Origin: Syntrophaceae bacterium UBA2280
Lineage (GTDB): Bacteria > Desulfobacterota > Syntrophia > Syntrophales > Smithellaceae
Direction: 5' to 3'
NCBI GenBank assembly: GCA_002347685.1
Contig: DDWS01000013.1
Location: 146,472-210,471 of the forward strand
Length of the DNA stretch: 64,000 bases
In this document: positions 28,603-35,911 of the stretch, in pieces
How positions within the stretch are numbered: position 1 is the first letter of the stretch
Layout: every line of letters starts with the position of its first letter
Notes under the pieces: generated by a model
Databases searched by the model: none
Told to the model about the DNA's origin: nothing
The model's input: only the letters and a program-made list of their open reading frames with translations
Position numbers and translations under genes: made by a program

Positions 28603-28980
28603 GTGAAAAACGATATCTGTCATGAACTGCGGAACAAAAAACCCCTTATGCCGGTTCTGCCGGATGAGCAAAAAGTGAACGAGCAGGATTCTCTTTCGTT
28701 ATCTTTGCTACGACCATCTTTGTTCTGGGATGTGAATCCGGATAGGCTGGACGCAGACCGGCATGCAGCCTTCATTATTGTCCGTGTTATGGAACGCGGC
28801 ACACGGGAAGATGTCAACACCGTCTGGCATTATTACGGTGAGGAGACTATAAAAATACATCTTTTAGCCGCGAGATCATTGCATAAAAAGACCATTTCCT
28901 ATTTTGCAAATAAGTTCAGTGTCAGCCGCGCACAATTTAAAAGCTTTCACCACGGAGAGCAGGTCCAGCCATGGCCTTAA
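28603..28980 (+). CDS. Small partner protein of the AbiEii-like nucleotidyltransferase (putative antitoxin-like; LFWD motif family)
   Basis: It contains PSLFWDVNPDRLD...HAAFIIVRVMERG, a pattern I recognise from proteins encoded upstream of AbiEii-like genes. The start is ambiguous (28588 TTG, 28603 GTG after AGAGGA, or 28648 ATG). The 3' end overlaps the next gene by 10 nt. Confidence 0.5.
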   Translation: MKNDICHELRNKKPLMPVLPDEQKVNEQDSLSLSLLRPSLFWDVNPDRLDADRHAAFIIVRVMERGTREDVNTVWHYYGEETIKIHLLAARSLHKKTISYFANKFSVSRAQFKSFHHGEQVQPWP

Positions 28981-29588
28981 CAGAAATTATTAAAATAGCC
29001 GTTACTGACGATGTTCTAACGCTTCTTCATAGAATTATGCAGGATGCGGTTTTTGATGATTTTTATCTGGTTGGCGGTACAGCGCTGGCTTTGCAAATTG
29101 GACACCGCGTATCGATAGATATCGACCTTTTTACGGGTGAAATATTCGATACCGACCAAATCAGCGATTATATCTGTCATGTTTACGAAGGTAAAGAAAT
29201 AGAGGTGGAACGAAACACCGTTCGAGCAATCATCGATAGCATCAAGCTCGATTTAATGACTCACAAGTATCCATTGCTTGAACCACTCGAAAAAAAAGAG
29301 AATATCCGCATGGCAAATCTAAAAGACATCGCCGCTATGAAAATTAACGCCATTGCCAGTCGGGGAAGCAAAAAGGATTTCTGGGATTTTGCCGCCCTGC
29401 TTGATTTCTTTCAGGCACAGGAAATGCTTTCGTTTTTTCAATCCAAGTATTCCAATGCAAACGTATGGCACGCCGAAAAATCTTTGTCGTATTTCGACGA
29501 CGCCGACCTGGAGCCTGACCCAAATGACATAACAGGGAAAAACTGGGAGGAAATCAAGCAACGCATCAACAGTTCACTAAAGGTTTGA
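28971..29588 (+). CDS. Nucleotidyltransferase AbiEii/AbiGii toxin-family protein
   Basis: 205 aa. The motif FYLVGGTALALQIGHRVSIDIDLF is typical of the AbiEii-like NTase fold. Confidence 0.65.
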   Translation: MALTEIIKIAVTDDVLTLLHRIMQDAVFDDFYLVGGTALALQIGHRVSIDIDLFTGEIFDTDQISDYICHVYEGKEIEVERNTVRAIIDSIKLDLMTHKYPLLEPLEKKENIRMANLKDIAAMKINAIASRGSKKDFWDFAALLDFFQAQEMLSFFQSKYSNANVWHAEKSLSYFDDADLEPDPNDITGKNWEEIKQRINSSLKV

Positions 29589-29594
29589 AATTTT

Positions 29595-29631
29595 TAGACC
29601 TACAGCCTAACAGCCCACAGCCTAATAGCCT
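29595..29631. repeat. Heptanucleotide tandem-repeat tract
   Basis: Sequence is tagaccta cagccta acagccc acagccta atagcct. It fills the gap between the AbiEii stop (29588) and the flaF2 stop (29638). Confidence 0.7.
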
Positions 29632-29637
29632 TTAATA

Positions 29638-30021
29638 TCATTCCGCCGCGCTGCCTCTGAGCCCCGCGGCGAGATTCAGGTTAATGTCGATGACGATCTT
29701 GAGTTTTTCCGGTTCGGGATTCGCCATAACATCAATAATTCGTTTATCAACAAAAAGGCTGAGTGTCAGGATGTTGTTGCGAATCTCGACGGGCAGGGGA
29801 TTGTCATCTTTCACCAGCTCCGATTGTAGAATACTCCAGACCACCTGGTTGGTTCTGAGCGCCTCGGCTAAATTTTCATCACGGTCGGGGGCATTCCAGT
29901 GTTTACGGCAATCCTCCAGCAAGAGTGCGCAACGGGTCAGCGCAGCGGCTTCAATATCGCGGCCGGACATATTATTGGAATTCTGTGCGGTTCTATAGGC
30001 TTCGAGTTGCAGTGCGTACAC
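29638..30021 (-). CDS. flaF: Flagellar biosynthesis regulator FlaF, paralog 2
   Basis: It aligns along its full length with paralog 1. I place the start at the GTG at 30021, which lies 9 nt after GGGAGG and matches the paralog 1 N-terminus (YxxxLEAYRTAQ). The ORF track extends it to 30048. Confidence 0.75.
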   Translation of the reverse strand: MYALQLEAYRTAQNSNNMSGRDIEAAALTRCALLLEDCRKHWNAPDRDENLAEALRTNQVVWSILQSELVKDDNPLPVEIRNNILTLSLFVDKRIIDVMANPEPEKLKIVIDINLNLAAGLRGSAAE

Positions 30022-30400
30022 GGTTGATGACCTCCCGTTCGTATTCAATGAGTTTTTTCGTTTGTTTCAGCGCCTGATAATGCCGGTCGTTGAGAATATC
30101 GTTGCTGATCTCCTGCAACATTGGCTTGGTGGAAGGCGCCGCCTGGGCCACATCCTTGACCAGTTCCCAGTAAATCTTGTGATGCTCCGGAAGATTCTTG
30201 CCATCGATATACATGAGCTGAATGGCAAAATAAATTTTCTTGCACGGAGTGTCCGCCGACTGAAGCGTCAGAATATCTTTTTCCCGCAGGATCGGCACAT
30301 CGTTTTCAAGCACAAAGGTACTTTTGGCATCGCCGTTGGCGATGACCGCGCCGCCGAGAATGAATTTTTCGTGCGGCTTGAGCGTTATTTTTAGGGCCAT
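29993..30400 (-). CDS. flbT: Flagellar biosynthesis repressor FlbT
   Basis: 135 aa. MALKITLKPHEKFILGGAVIANGD...VLENDVPILREKDI matches the FlbT N-terminal pattern (LKLSLKPGEK..NGAV..N.....L....VLREKDI). Confidence 0.75.
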   Translation of the reverse strand: MALKITLKPHEKFILGGAVIANGDAKSTFVLENDVPILREKDILTLQSADTPCKKIYFAIQLMYIDGKNLPEHHKIYWELVKDVAQAAPSTKPMLQEISNDILNDRHYQALKQTKKLIEYEREVINRVRTATRSL

Positions 30401-30407
30401 AGCAAAC

Positions 30408-30890
30408 CTATGCCTCCAGTTTCAGGATCGAGCCGGGTTGAATATTATCTTTCGACACGGCCAGGCTTCGGGACAAAGTATCCCGAAGAGTCTTCAGGTT
30501 GTCAACAGCATTGGCGATTTGCTGATCGTTCGCGTCATCTTTCAATTTCTCGCCGGAAACGGCTTGTTTGATTTCCGGGCTAAGCGATGAGCGCTCGACC
30601 TCCACCTGAATGTTCCTGACCTCGCTGATGAGATCCATTCGCTGGTAGGTTGCTATGGGGAAAAAAGGCGGATCCTTAACTTCATTGAGGTTCCACTGTT
30701 TCTGCAGAGCATTCACGCGTTCCGCGATCCCCAGCAACCGGGCACTGCTGGTTTCCACCCCCGCTCTCGGCGCGGGTGCGCTTCGGTCGGAAGACAAAAC
30801 CTGCCTGTTGTCGTCGCTGGAGCTGTTCGAACCGCCAGGGCGAATCGCATTCTGCAGTCCCTGATACGGGTTAATTTGATTAATCATCAT
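30408..30890 (-). CDS. Hypothetical protein of the flagellin locus
   Basis: 160 aa. The N-terminus is Ser/Pro-rich and looks disordered. I recognise no family. It sits between fliC and flbT on the same strand. Confidence 0.5.
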   Translation of the reverse strand: MMINQINPYQGLQNAIRPGGSNSSSDDNRQVLSSDRSAPAPRAGVETSSARLLGIAERVNALQKQWNLNEVKDPPFFPIATYQRMDLISEVRNIQVEVERSSLSPEIKQAVSGEKLKDDANDQQIANAVDNLKTLRDTLSRSLAVSKDNIQPGSILKLEA

Positions 30891-30904
30891 TTTTCTGTAC
30901 CGAA

Positions 30905-30940
30905 AGAACCGGGTGGAGGGGAATTCTTCCCCTCCACCCG
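30905..30940 (-). terminator. Hairpin terminator/attenuator after the flagellin gene
   Basis: Perfect 11-bp GC-rich stem gggtggagggg / cccctccaccc. The downstream minus-strand sequence GGTTCTTTCGG is only moderately T-rich. Confidence 0.5.
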
Positions 30941-30959
30941 ATGCCTGGTTATGTTTCTA

Positions 30960-32276
30960 CTACTGGAACAATCTCAGAACCGACTGGGCTGCCTGTGCCG
31001 ACATGCTCAGAGCGGTCGTGCTGAGAGACTGACGGGTCTGCAGCATCAGCATGTTCGCGCCTTCTTCGTTCGCGTCAGCCAGGGTCAGCTTGTCCGCGCC
31101 TTGGGTCAGCGTGTTAATCATGTTCGTCGAGAAATCCTGACGAACGGTGATGATACTCAGGTTGCCGGATAGCTTGGACGATTCAGAACGAAGCGTGATT
31201 AAAGCAGTATCCAGAGCAGCCAGATCGGTATCAATGTTGCCGCCGTCTGTCCAGGTTGCCGCATTAATGCCCAGATCGGCTGCAGCGGCGCTAAAGCCCA
31301 CCACTTCCAGATCGATCCCTTCAAATTTCACAGTCAGCGTATCTGCGCTCAGGAGATTTTTCCCCTTGTAGCCTGAGTCTTCCGCCAACGCAGTCAACTG
31401 AGTCAGCAGGGTGTTGTACTGTCCCTGCAAGGAGACGAGTTCCGGGGAGGGCACTTCAGTATATGTCACACTGACTGCGCCTACGGCAGAAACTGTCGCT
31501 GTTTCAACACCTGTGATAGCGCCTAGTTCACCTTGCAATGCTGTAAAGGCGGCCGTAGCAGAAGCGCCGGTTGCCGAATACGCAGTTGTACCAATTGAGA
31601 AGGTAGCGGTTTCTACGTGCGCGACAGGCCCTGCAGCCCCAGTCGCATCTCCAGCAGTGACAGCGGTGCCTGTAATACTGCCTGCAGCAACATCAGCTGC
31701 AGCGTTCGAAATAGTGATAACTTCACCTGTAGCGGAGGCTGTATAACCTGTCAAAGCATCTATCTTGGCAGCCAGATCTGTAGCAGATCCGTCAAAACTG
31801 GTGGCACCGCCTGCATCCGTATTGACCGCAAACGTCGTGGTGCCGATGACGATGGTTTGACCCGTGGTAGTCAGACCTCCAGTGGTCAATGTTAATGTTG
31901 CGTTCGCATAGGAGGTTACTGTAGCAACGGCAGTTCCGGTCACTTCATCAGGTGTCGTGGCGGGTGCCGCGCTCAGAGCGGACTGCGCAAGACCTTTGGC
32001 CTGTTCAATCATTGCACTGATGGCCGTGATACCTTTGTCGGCGGCGGTGATCGTCTGAACGGCCTGTCCCATGGCATCCTTCAAACCATCAATGATGGAC
32101 GCACGCGAGGTCAGTGACTGAGCCGCGAAGAATGATACGGGATTGTCAATAGCGGTGTTAACTTTTTTGCCTGTCGCCAGGCGGCTTTGGGTTCTGTCTA
32201 AAAGATCAACGGTGTTCTGAAGTGCTAAAAGGTTGGATCTCATACCGGAAGTTAATGATACGTCGTTAATAGCCAT
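30960..32276 (-). CDS. fliC: Flagellin (Caulobacter/alphaproteobacterial-type termini, Thr/Ala/Gly-rich central domain)
   Basis: 438 aa. The N-terminus reads LTSGMRSNLLALQNT...RLATGKKVNTAIDNPVSFF. The C-terminus reads ANEEGANMLMLQTRQSLSTTALSMSAQAAQSVLRLFQ. Confidence 0.9.
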   Translation of the reverse strand: MAINDVSLTSGMRSNLLALQNTVDLLDRTQSRLATGKKVNTAIDNPVSFFAAQSLTSRASIIDGLKDAMGQAVQTITAADKGITAISAMIEQAKGLAQSALSAAPATTPDEVTGTAVATVTSYANATLTLTTGGLTTTGQTIVIGTTTFAVNTDAGGATSFDGSATDLAAKIDALTGYTASATGEVITISNAAADVAAGSITGTAVTAGDATGAAGPVAHVETATFSIGTTAYSATGASATAAFTALQGELGAITGVETATVSAVGAVSVTYTEVPSPELVSLQGQYNTLLTQLTALAEDSGYKGKNLLSADTLTVKFEGIDLEVVGFSAAAADLGINAATWTDGGNIDTDLAALDTALITLRSESSKLSGNLSIITVRQDFSTNMINTLTQGADKLTLADANEEGANMLMLQTRQSLSTTALSMSAQAAQSVLRLFQ

Positions 32277-32427
32277 GATTTGTTCTCCTTTTCTAGGTTG
32301 TTATCTGACCATTCTGGCCAGGGGGTTAAATTTTGCCGATGGCTGTCGGCTATTCTGCTTTTTCTATTTGACTGACTCTTTTCTGCCCACCTCCTTCTCG
32401 ACATATATGTCGTTCGCTTTGATTCTG

Positions 32428-32454
32428 TTATCGGAAATGTCATACAAAACTTTA
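32428..32454 (-). promoter_or_regulatory. Sigma-28 (FliA) promoter of the flagellin gene
   Basis: The minus strand reads TAAAGTTT-tgtatgacatt-TCCGATAA, matching 15 of 16 positions of TAAAGTTT-N11-GCCGATAA. It implies a 5' UTR of roughly 140 nt. Confidence 0.75.
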
Positions 32455-32585
32455 GGGGTTTTTGGAAAAATCTAAAAATAATCAAAAAAATCGAGGTGAT
32501 GGGCAAGAGGCTACAGCCCTTCGAATCTTTCATCTTCCCCATCCACTATTCACCAGCCACCATCCACCATCCACCGCCCCTCCCC

Positions 32586-32613
32586 TCAAGTTTCCCTGCC
32601 CCCCTGCCGATAG
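32586..32613 (+). promoter_or_regulatory. Sigma-28-like promoter for the TPR gene (divergent from fliC)
   Basis: TCAAGTTT-N12-GCCGATAG. The spacer is 1 nt longer than consensus. It lies about 33 nt upstream of the ATG at 32646. Confidence 0.45.
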
Positions 32614-32645
32614 GGTTATCAAATGAAGGAGAATCGGGAACTATC

Positions 32646-33857
32646 ATGAAGGAATACGGCATATCGGCGGAAGCCATCCATTACCTGTTTTCATCTACCA
32701 GAGCCAACACCCAGGCCAATCTGGATGCTTTGTCCTCGAATGTGCTGGGGCAGGGAATTGATTATTTTCAGTCCGGAAAATACGATCTGGCGATCAGCGC
32801 CTTTAAACGCGCCGCCGCGCTTTCTCCTTTCTCCGAAAATTCCATAAAATCCTATCAGTTTATCGGGGAGGCATACCTCAAACAGGAAAAAACAGAAGAA
32901 GCGATTAAAAATTATAAAGAAGCAACCCGTATTTACCCGAATCGCGCCGAGTTTCATCGGGCCCTGGGCGATATCTACATCCAGCAGGAAAGACCGGAAG
33001 AAGCTCTTAAGGCATTTGAAGCCGCCGTGAAGAATGATCCGGATGACGCAGAGGCGCGTTATTCGCTGGGACAGTCTTATATTGAGGCGGGCGAACCGGG
33101 AAAAGCCCGCGAACAGTTCGCCAAAGTCGTCCAGTTGACGCCGATCAGTGCAGCCGGTTTCTATGGCCTGGGTCAGACGGCCCGCGCGTCAGGGGATCTG
33201 GATGAAGCGGTCTCGCAACTGCAAAATGCCATCCGGGTCAACCGGAATTTTGAAATTGCCTATGTGGAGCTGGGGCGCACCTACGCCGATAAGGGCGATT
33301 TTCACAGGGCCGAAGATCAATTGTCCATGCTCAAGGCCAAAGGTTCCGACAAAACCACTGAACTGGAAGGCTACATCGGGCAGGCCAGGCAGCCGCGTAT
33401 GCTTTCGGCTTTTTCAAATAACGGGTTTGGCACCTATTTGGGGCCCAAAACCAATGTGGCTTTTCTGGATCCACCCAATTCAGCGCTGGATCGGGCAAAC
33501 GGCAAAAAACTCTTTTCGATGAGTTTTTCTTTTTCCAAGGATATGGATTTGGCGTCCGTCATCAATCCCTTCAACTGGAAAATCTCGCGGGCGACGATTC
33601 AGGACAATGGCGGCGTATATAATGGTGGATTGACTCCGCCGTCTACGGAAGCCCTGATTCTCCCGAAGCCCGCGTATGTCACGTACAACAGCCAAACCAA
33701 TACGGCCACCGTCAATTTCTGGGTTTCTCAAAACGCAGACGTCAACGCGACGATTGACCCCAGGCATATCGTGTTTAAATTCTCAGGTGTTGACGCCTAC
33801 GGCAAAGCTATGGACCCATCCGGCGACGAATACAGCGGCTTTTCCCGCATCGCATAG
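32646..33857 (+). CDS. TPR-repeat protein with a C-terminal beta-rich (Ig-like?) domain
   Basis: TPR motifs occur throughout residues about 40-260 (AIKNYKEATRIYPNRAEFHRALGDIY and others). I place the start at the ATG at 32646, after AAGGAG. The upstream 50 aa in the ORF track are low-complexity. Confidence 0.7.
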   Translation: MKEYGISAEAIHYLFSSTRANTQANLDALSSNVLGQGIDYFQSGKYDLAISAFKRAAALSPFSENSIKSYQFIGEAYLKQEKTEEAIKNYKEATRIYPNRAEFHRALGDIYIQQERPEEALKAFEAAVKNDPDDAEARYSLGQSYIEAGEPGKAREQFAKVVQLTPISAAGFYGLGQTARASGDLDEAVSQLQNAIRVNRNFEIAYVELGRTYADKGDFHRAEDQLSMLKAKGSDKTTELEGYIGQARQPRMLSAFSNNGFGTYLGPKTNVAFLDPPNSALDRANGKKLFSMSFSFSKDMDLASVINPFNWKISRATIQDNGGVYNGGLTPPSTEALILPKPAYVTYNSQTNTATVNFWVSQNADVNATIDPRHIVFKFSGVDAYGKAMDPSGDEYSGFSRIA

Positions 33858-33885
33858 ATTACAAAATCAGCAGCCCTCAAGTCTT

Positions 33886-33945
33886 GTCATTTCGACCGCC
33901 AGGAGAAATCCAGATTTCTCCTTTGTAATCACGCCTTCGACATGG
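33886..33945. repeat. Nested-palindrome REP/MITE-like element, copy B (degenerate, inverted relative to copy A)
   Basis: Sequence is gtcatttcgaccgccaggagaaatc-ca-gatttctcc ... tcgacatggcac. The inner palindrome is intact and the outer right arm is decayed. Confidence 0.6.
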
Positions 33946-34038
33946 CACTTTCGGGTTGCGCTGTAAAATAGTTTCGTCTTTACAAAACCCTTCGTTCCTG
34001 ATTAAAGTCATCCTCAAAAAAACCGGGAGAAAACACCC

Positions 34039-35001
34039 ATGACAAAAATCGATTTGCCGCAATATGACTATGATGTCGTGATTATCGGCGGCGGGCCGGC
34101 AGGCTACACGGCCGGCATCTACGCGGCGCGCGCCGCGCTCAAAACGCTTCTGGTGGAAGGTGCGGGCACCATCAGCCAGATCACGATCACGGATATGATT
34201 GAAAACTATCCGGGAATCCCCGACGGAATCGGCGGATTTGAACTGATGCAGCTCTTTAAGAATCAGGCCCTGAAATTCGGACTGGAAGTTCTTCCCAAAG
34301 ATGTCACAGCCATTAAGAAAATTTCAGATACCCCGGTGATCTGGGAAGTCACAGCGGGAGACAAAACCATGAAAACCTTGAGCATCATTGCCGCCACCGG
34401 CGCGATGTGGCGAAGCCTGGGCGTTCCGGGCGAGGCGGAGTTCGCGGGCAAAGGCGTGTCGTATTGTGCCACGTGCGATGGTCCCTTTTACCGAAACCGT
34501 GATGTTGTGGTGGTGGGCGGCGGCGACACAGCTATCCAGGAAGCGCTGTTTCTCACCCATTTTGCCAAAAAAGTCACCGTCATTCACCGTCGCGACCGCC
34601 TGCGCGCGGCAGGCATGCTGCAAAACCGTGCCTTTGCTGAAAAGAAAATCGAGTTTGCCTGGAATGCTACCGTGGAAGAAATAACCGGATCGGAGTTCGT
34701 CACGGGCGTTAAAGTCAAAGATGTCCAAACCGGCAGCATCAAGGAAATCGCAGCGGAAGGCGCGTTTATTTTTGTCGGCCGCCTGCCTTATACGGACATT
34801 TTCAAAGGTCTGGTGAATATGGATAAAACCGGTTTCATCATCACCGATGAGGAATTGCGGACCAAAGCGCCCGGCATTTTCGCCGCGGGCGACTGCCGCG
34901 CGAAGCTTTTCCGCCAAGTGATCACCGCCGCGGGCGACGGGGCCAACGCCGTCCACAGCGCGGAGCTCTACATCGATGACGTGAAAGGCCGGACATACTA
35001 A
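34039..35001 (+). CDS. trxB: Thioredoxin-disulfide reductase
   Basis: 320 aa. Motifs are VVIIGGGPAGYTAGIYAAR, the redox motif CATCDG, and GDCRAK. Confidence 0.9.
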   Translation: MTKIDLPQYDYDVVIIGGGPAGYTAGIYAARAALKTLLVEGAGTISQITITDMIENYPGIPDGIGGFELMQLFKNQALKFGLEVLPKDVTAIKKISDTPVIWEVTAGDKTMKTLSIIAATGAMWRSLGVPGEAEFAGKGVSYCATCDGPFYRNRDVVVVGGGDTAIQEALFLTHFAKKVTVIHRRDRLRAAGMLQNRAFAEKKIEFAWNATVEEITGSEFVTGVKVKDVQTGSIKEIAAEGAFIFVGRLPYTDIFKGLVNMDKTGFIITDEELRTKAPGIFAAGDCRAKLFRQVITAAGDGANAVHSAELYIDDVKGRTY

Positions 35002-35873
35002 TGGACGCCCTCATCAGCGCATGGCAGCATCTGCCTTCCTCGATCAGCCCCAGCCTTTTTAGCATCGGCTCCTTCGAGCTGCGGTACTACAGCCTCATGT
35101 ACCTGGTGGCTTTCGCCGTGGCGTATTTTCTGTTTACCTGGCGAATCCGGCGCAAGGAAATTCCGGTCACATCGGAAACCATTCAGGATTATCTCGTCTG
35201 GGCGATGGTCGGCCTCATTGCCGGCGCAAGAATCGGCTACGCGCTTTTTTACAACTTCAGTTATTACCTGTCGAATCCCCTGGAAGTCATTCTTCCCTTT
35301 GAGCTTTCCAACGGATTTCGCTTTGTCGGCTTAAGCGGCATGTCCTATCACGGCGGTCTCATCGGCGTGGTGCTGGTCACCTTTATTTTCTGCCACAGGC
35401 GGAAGATAAACCCGTGGCAGTTCGGCGACTGGATCTGCGCCGCCGCACCCCTGGGCTACATGTTCGGCCGGTTCGGCAATTTCTTAAACGGTGAACTCTG
35501 GGGCCGCGCAACAACAGTACCCTGGGGCATGTACTTTCCGCTGGACGCCACGCAAAGCCTGCGTCATCCGTCACAGCTCTACGAGGCGTTTTTTGAAGGA
35601 TTGGTTTTGTTTGCGGTTTTATGGCTGATCCGAAACAAGAATCCCTTTCACGGCTTTTCAGTCGGCCTTTATCTTTTCGGCTACGGCCTGGTGCGGTTTT
35701 TCATCGAGTTTTACCGCGAACCGGACGCACACCTGGGGTTTGTCCTGGGATTCAACACCATGGGACAGGTTTTATGCATTCTGATGATGCTGTCGGGCAT
35801 CGCGCTCATTTTGTGGCGCAGGCAGGCGGCCATGAAACACAGCAATAAAAGCGTCAAAAAGCGAAATCCGTAA
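35001..35873 (+). CDS. lgt: Prolipoprotein diacylglyceryl transferase
   Basis: 290 aa. Lgt motifs are LRYYSLMYLVAF, GRFGNFLNGELWG and HPSQLYEA. Confidence 0.9.
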   Translation: MDALISAWQHLPSSISPSLFSIGSFELRYYSLMYLVAFAVAYFLFTWRIRRKEIPVTSETIQDYLVWAMVGLIAGARIGYALFYNFSYYLSNPLEVILPFELSNGFRFVGLSGMSYHGGLIGVVLVTFIFCHRRKINPWQFGDWICAAAPLGYMFGRFGNFLNGELWGRATTVPWGMYFPLDATQSLRHPSQLYEAFFEGLVLFAVLWLIRNKNPFHGFSVGLYLFGYGLVRFFIEFYREPDAHLGFVLGFNTMGQVLCILMMLSGIALILWRRQAAMKHSNKSVKKRNP

Positions 35874-35911
35874 CCTTTTACGAACCCGTCAATCATGATG
35901 CGGAGGTTCAT

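Noticed and set aside
33942-33958. TGGCAC...TTGC upstream of trxB, which looks like a sigma-54 promoter.
   Set aside because: The GG-to-GC spacing is 2 nt too long (TGGCAC-N7-TTGC). The site also overlaps the decayed arm of the palindromic repeat, copy B.
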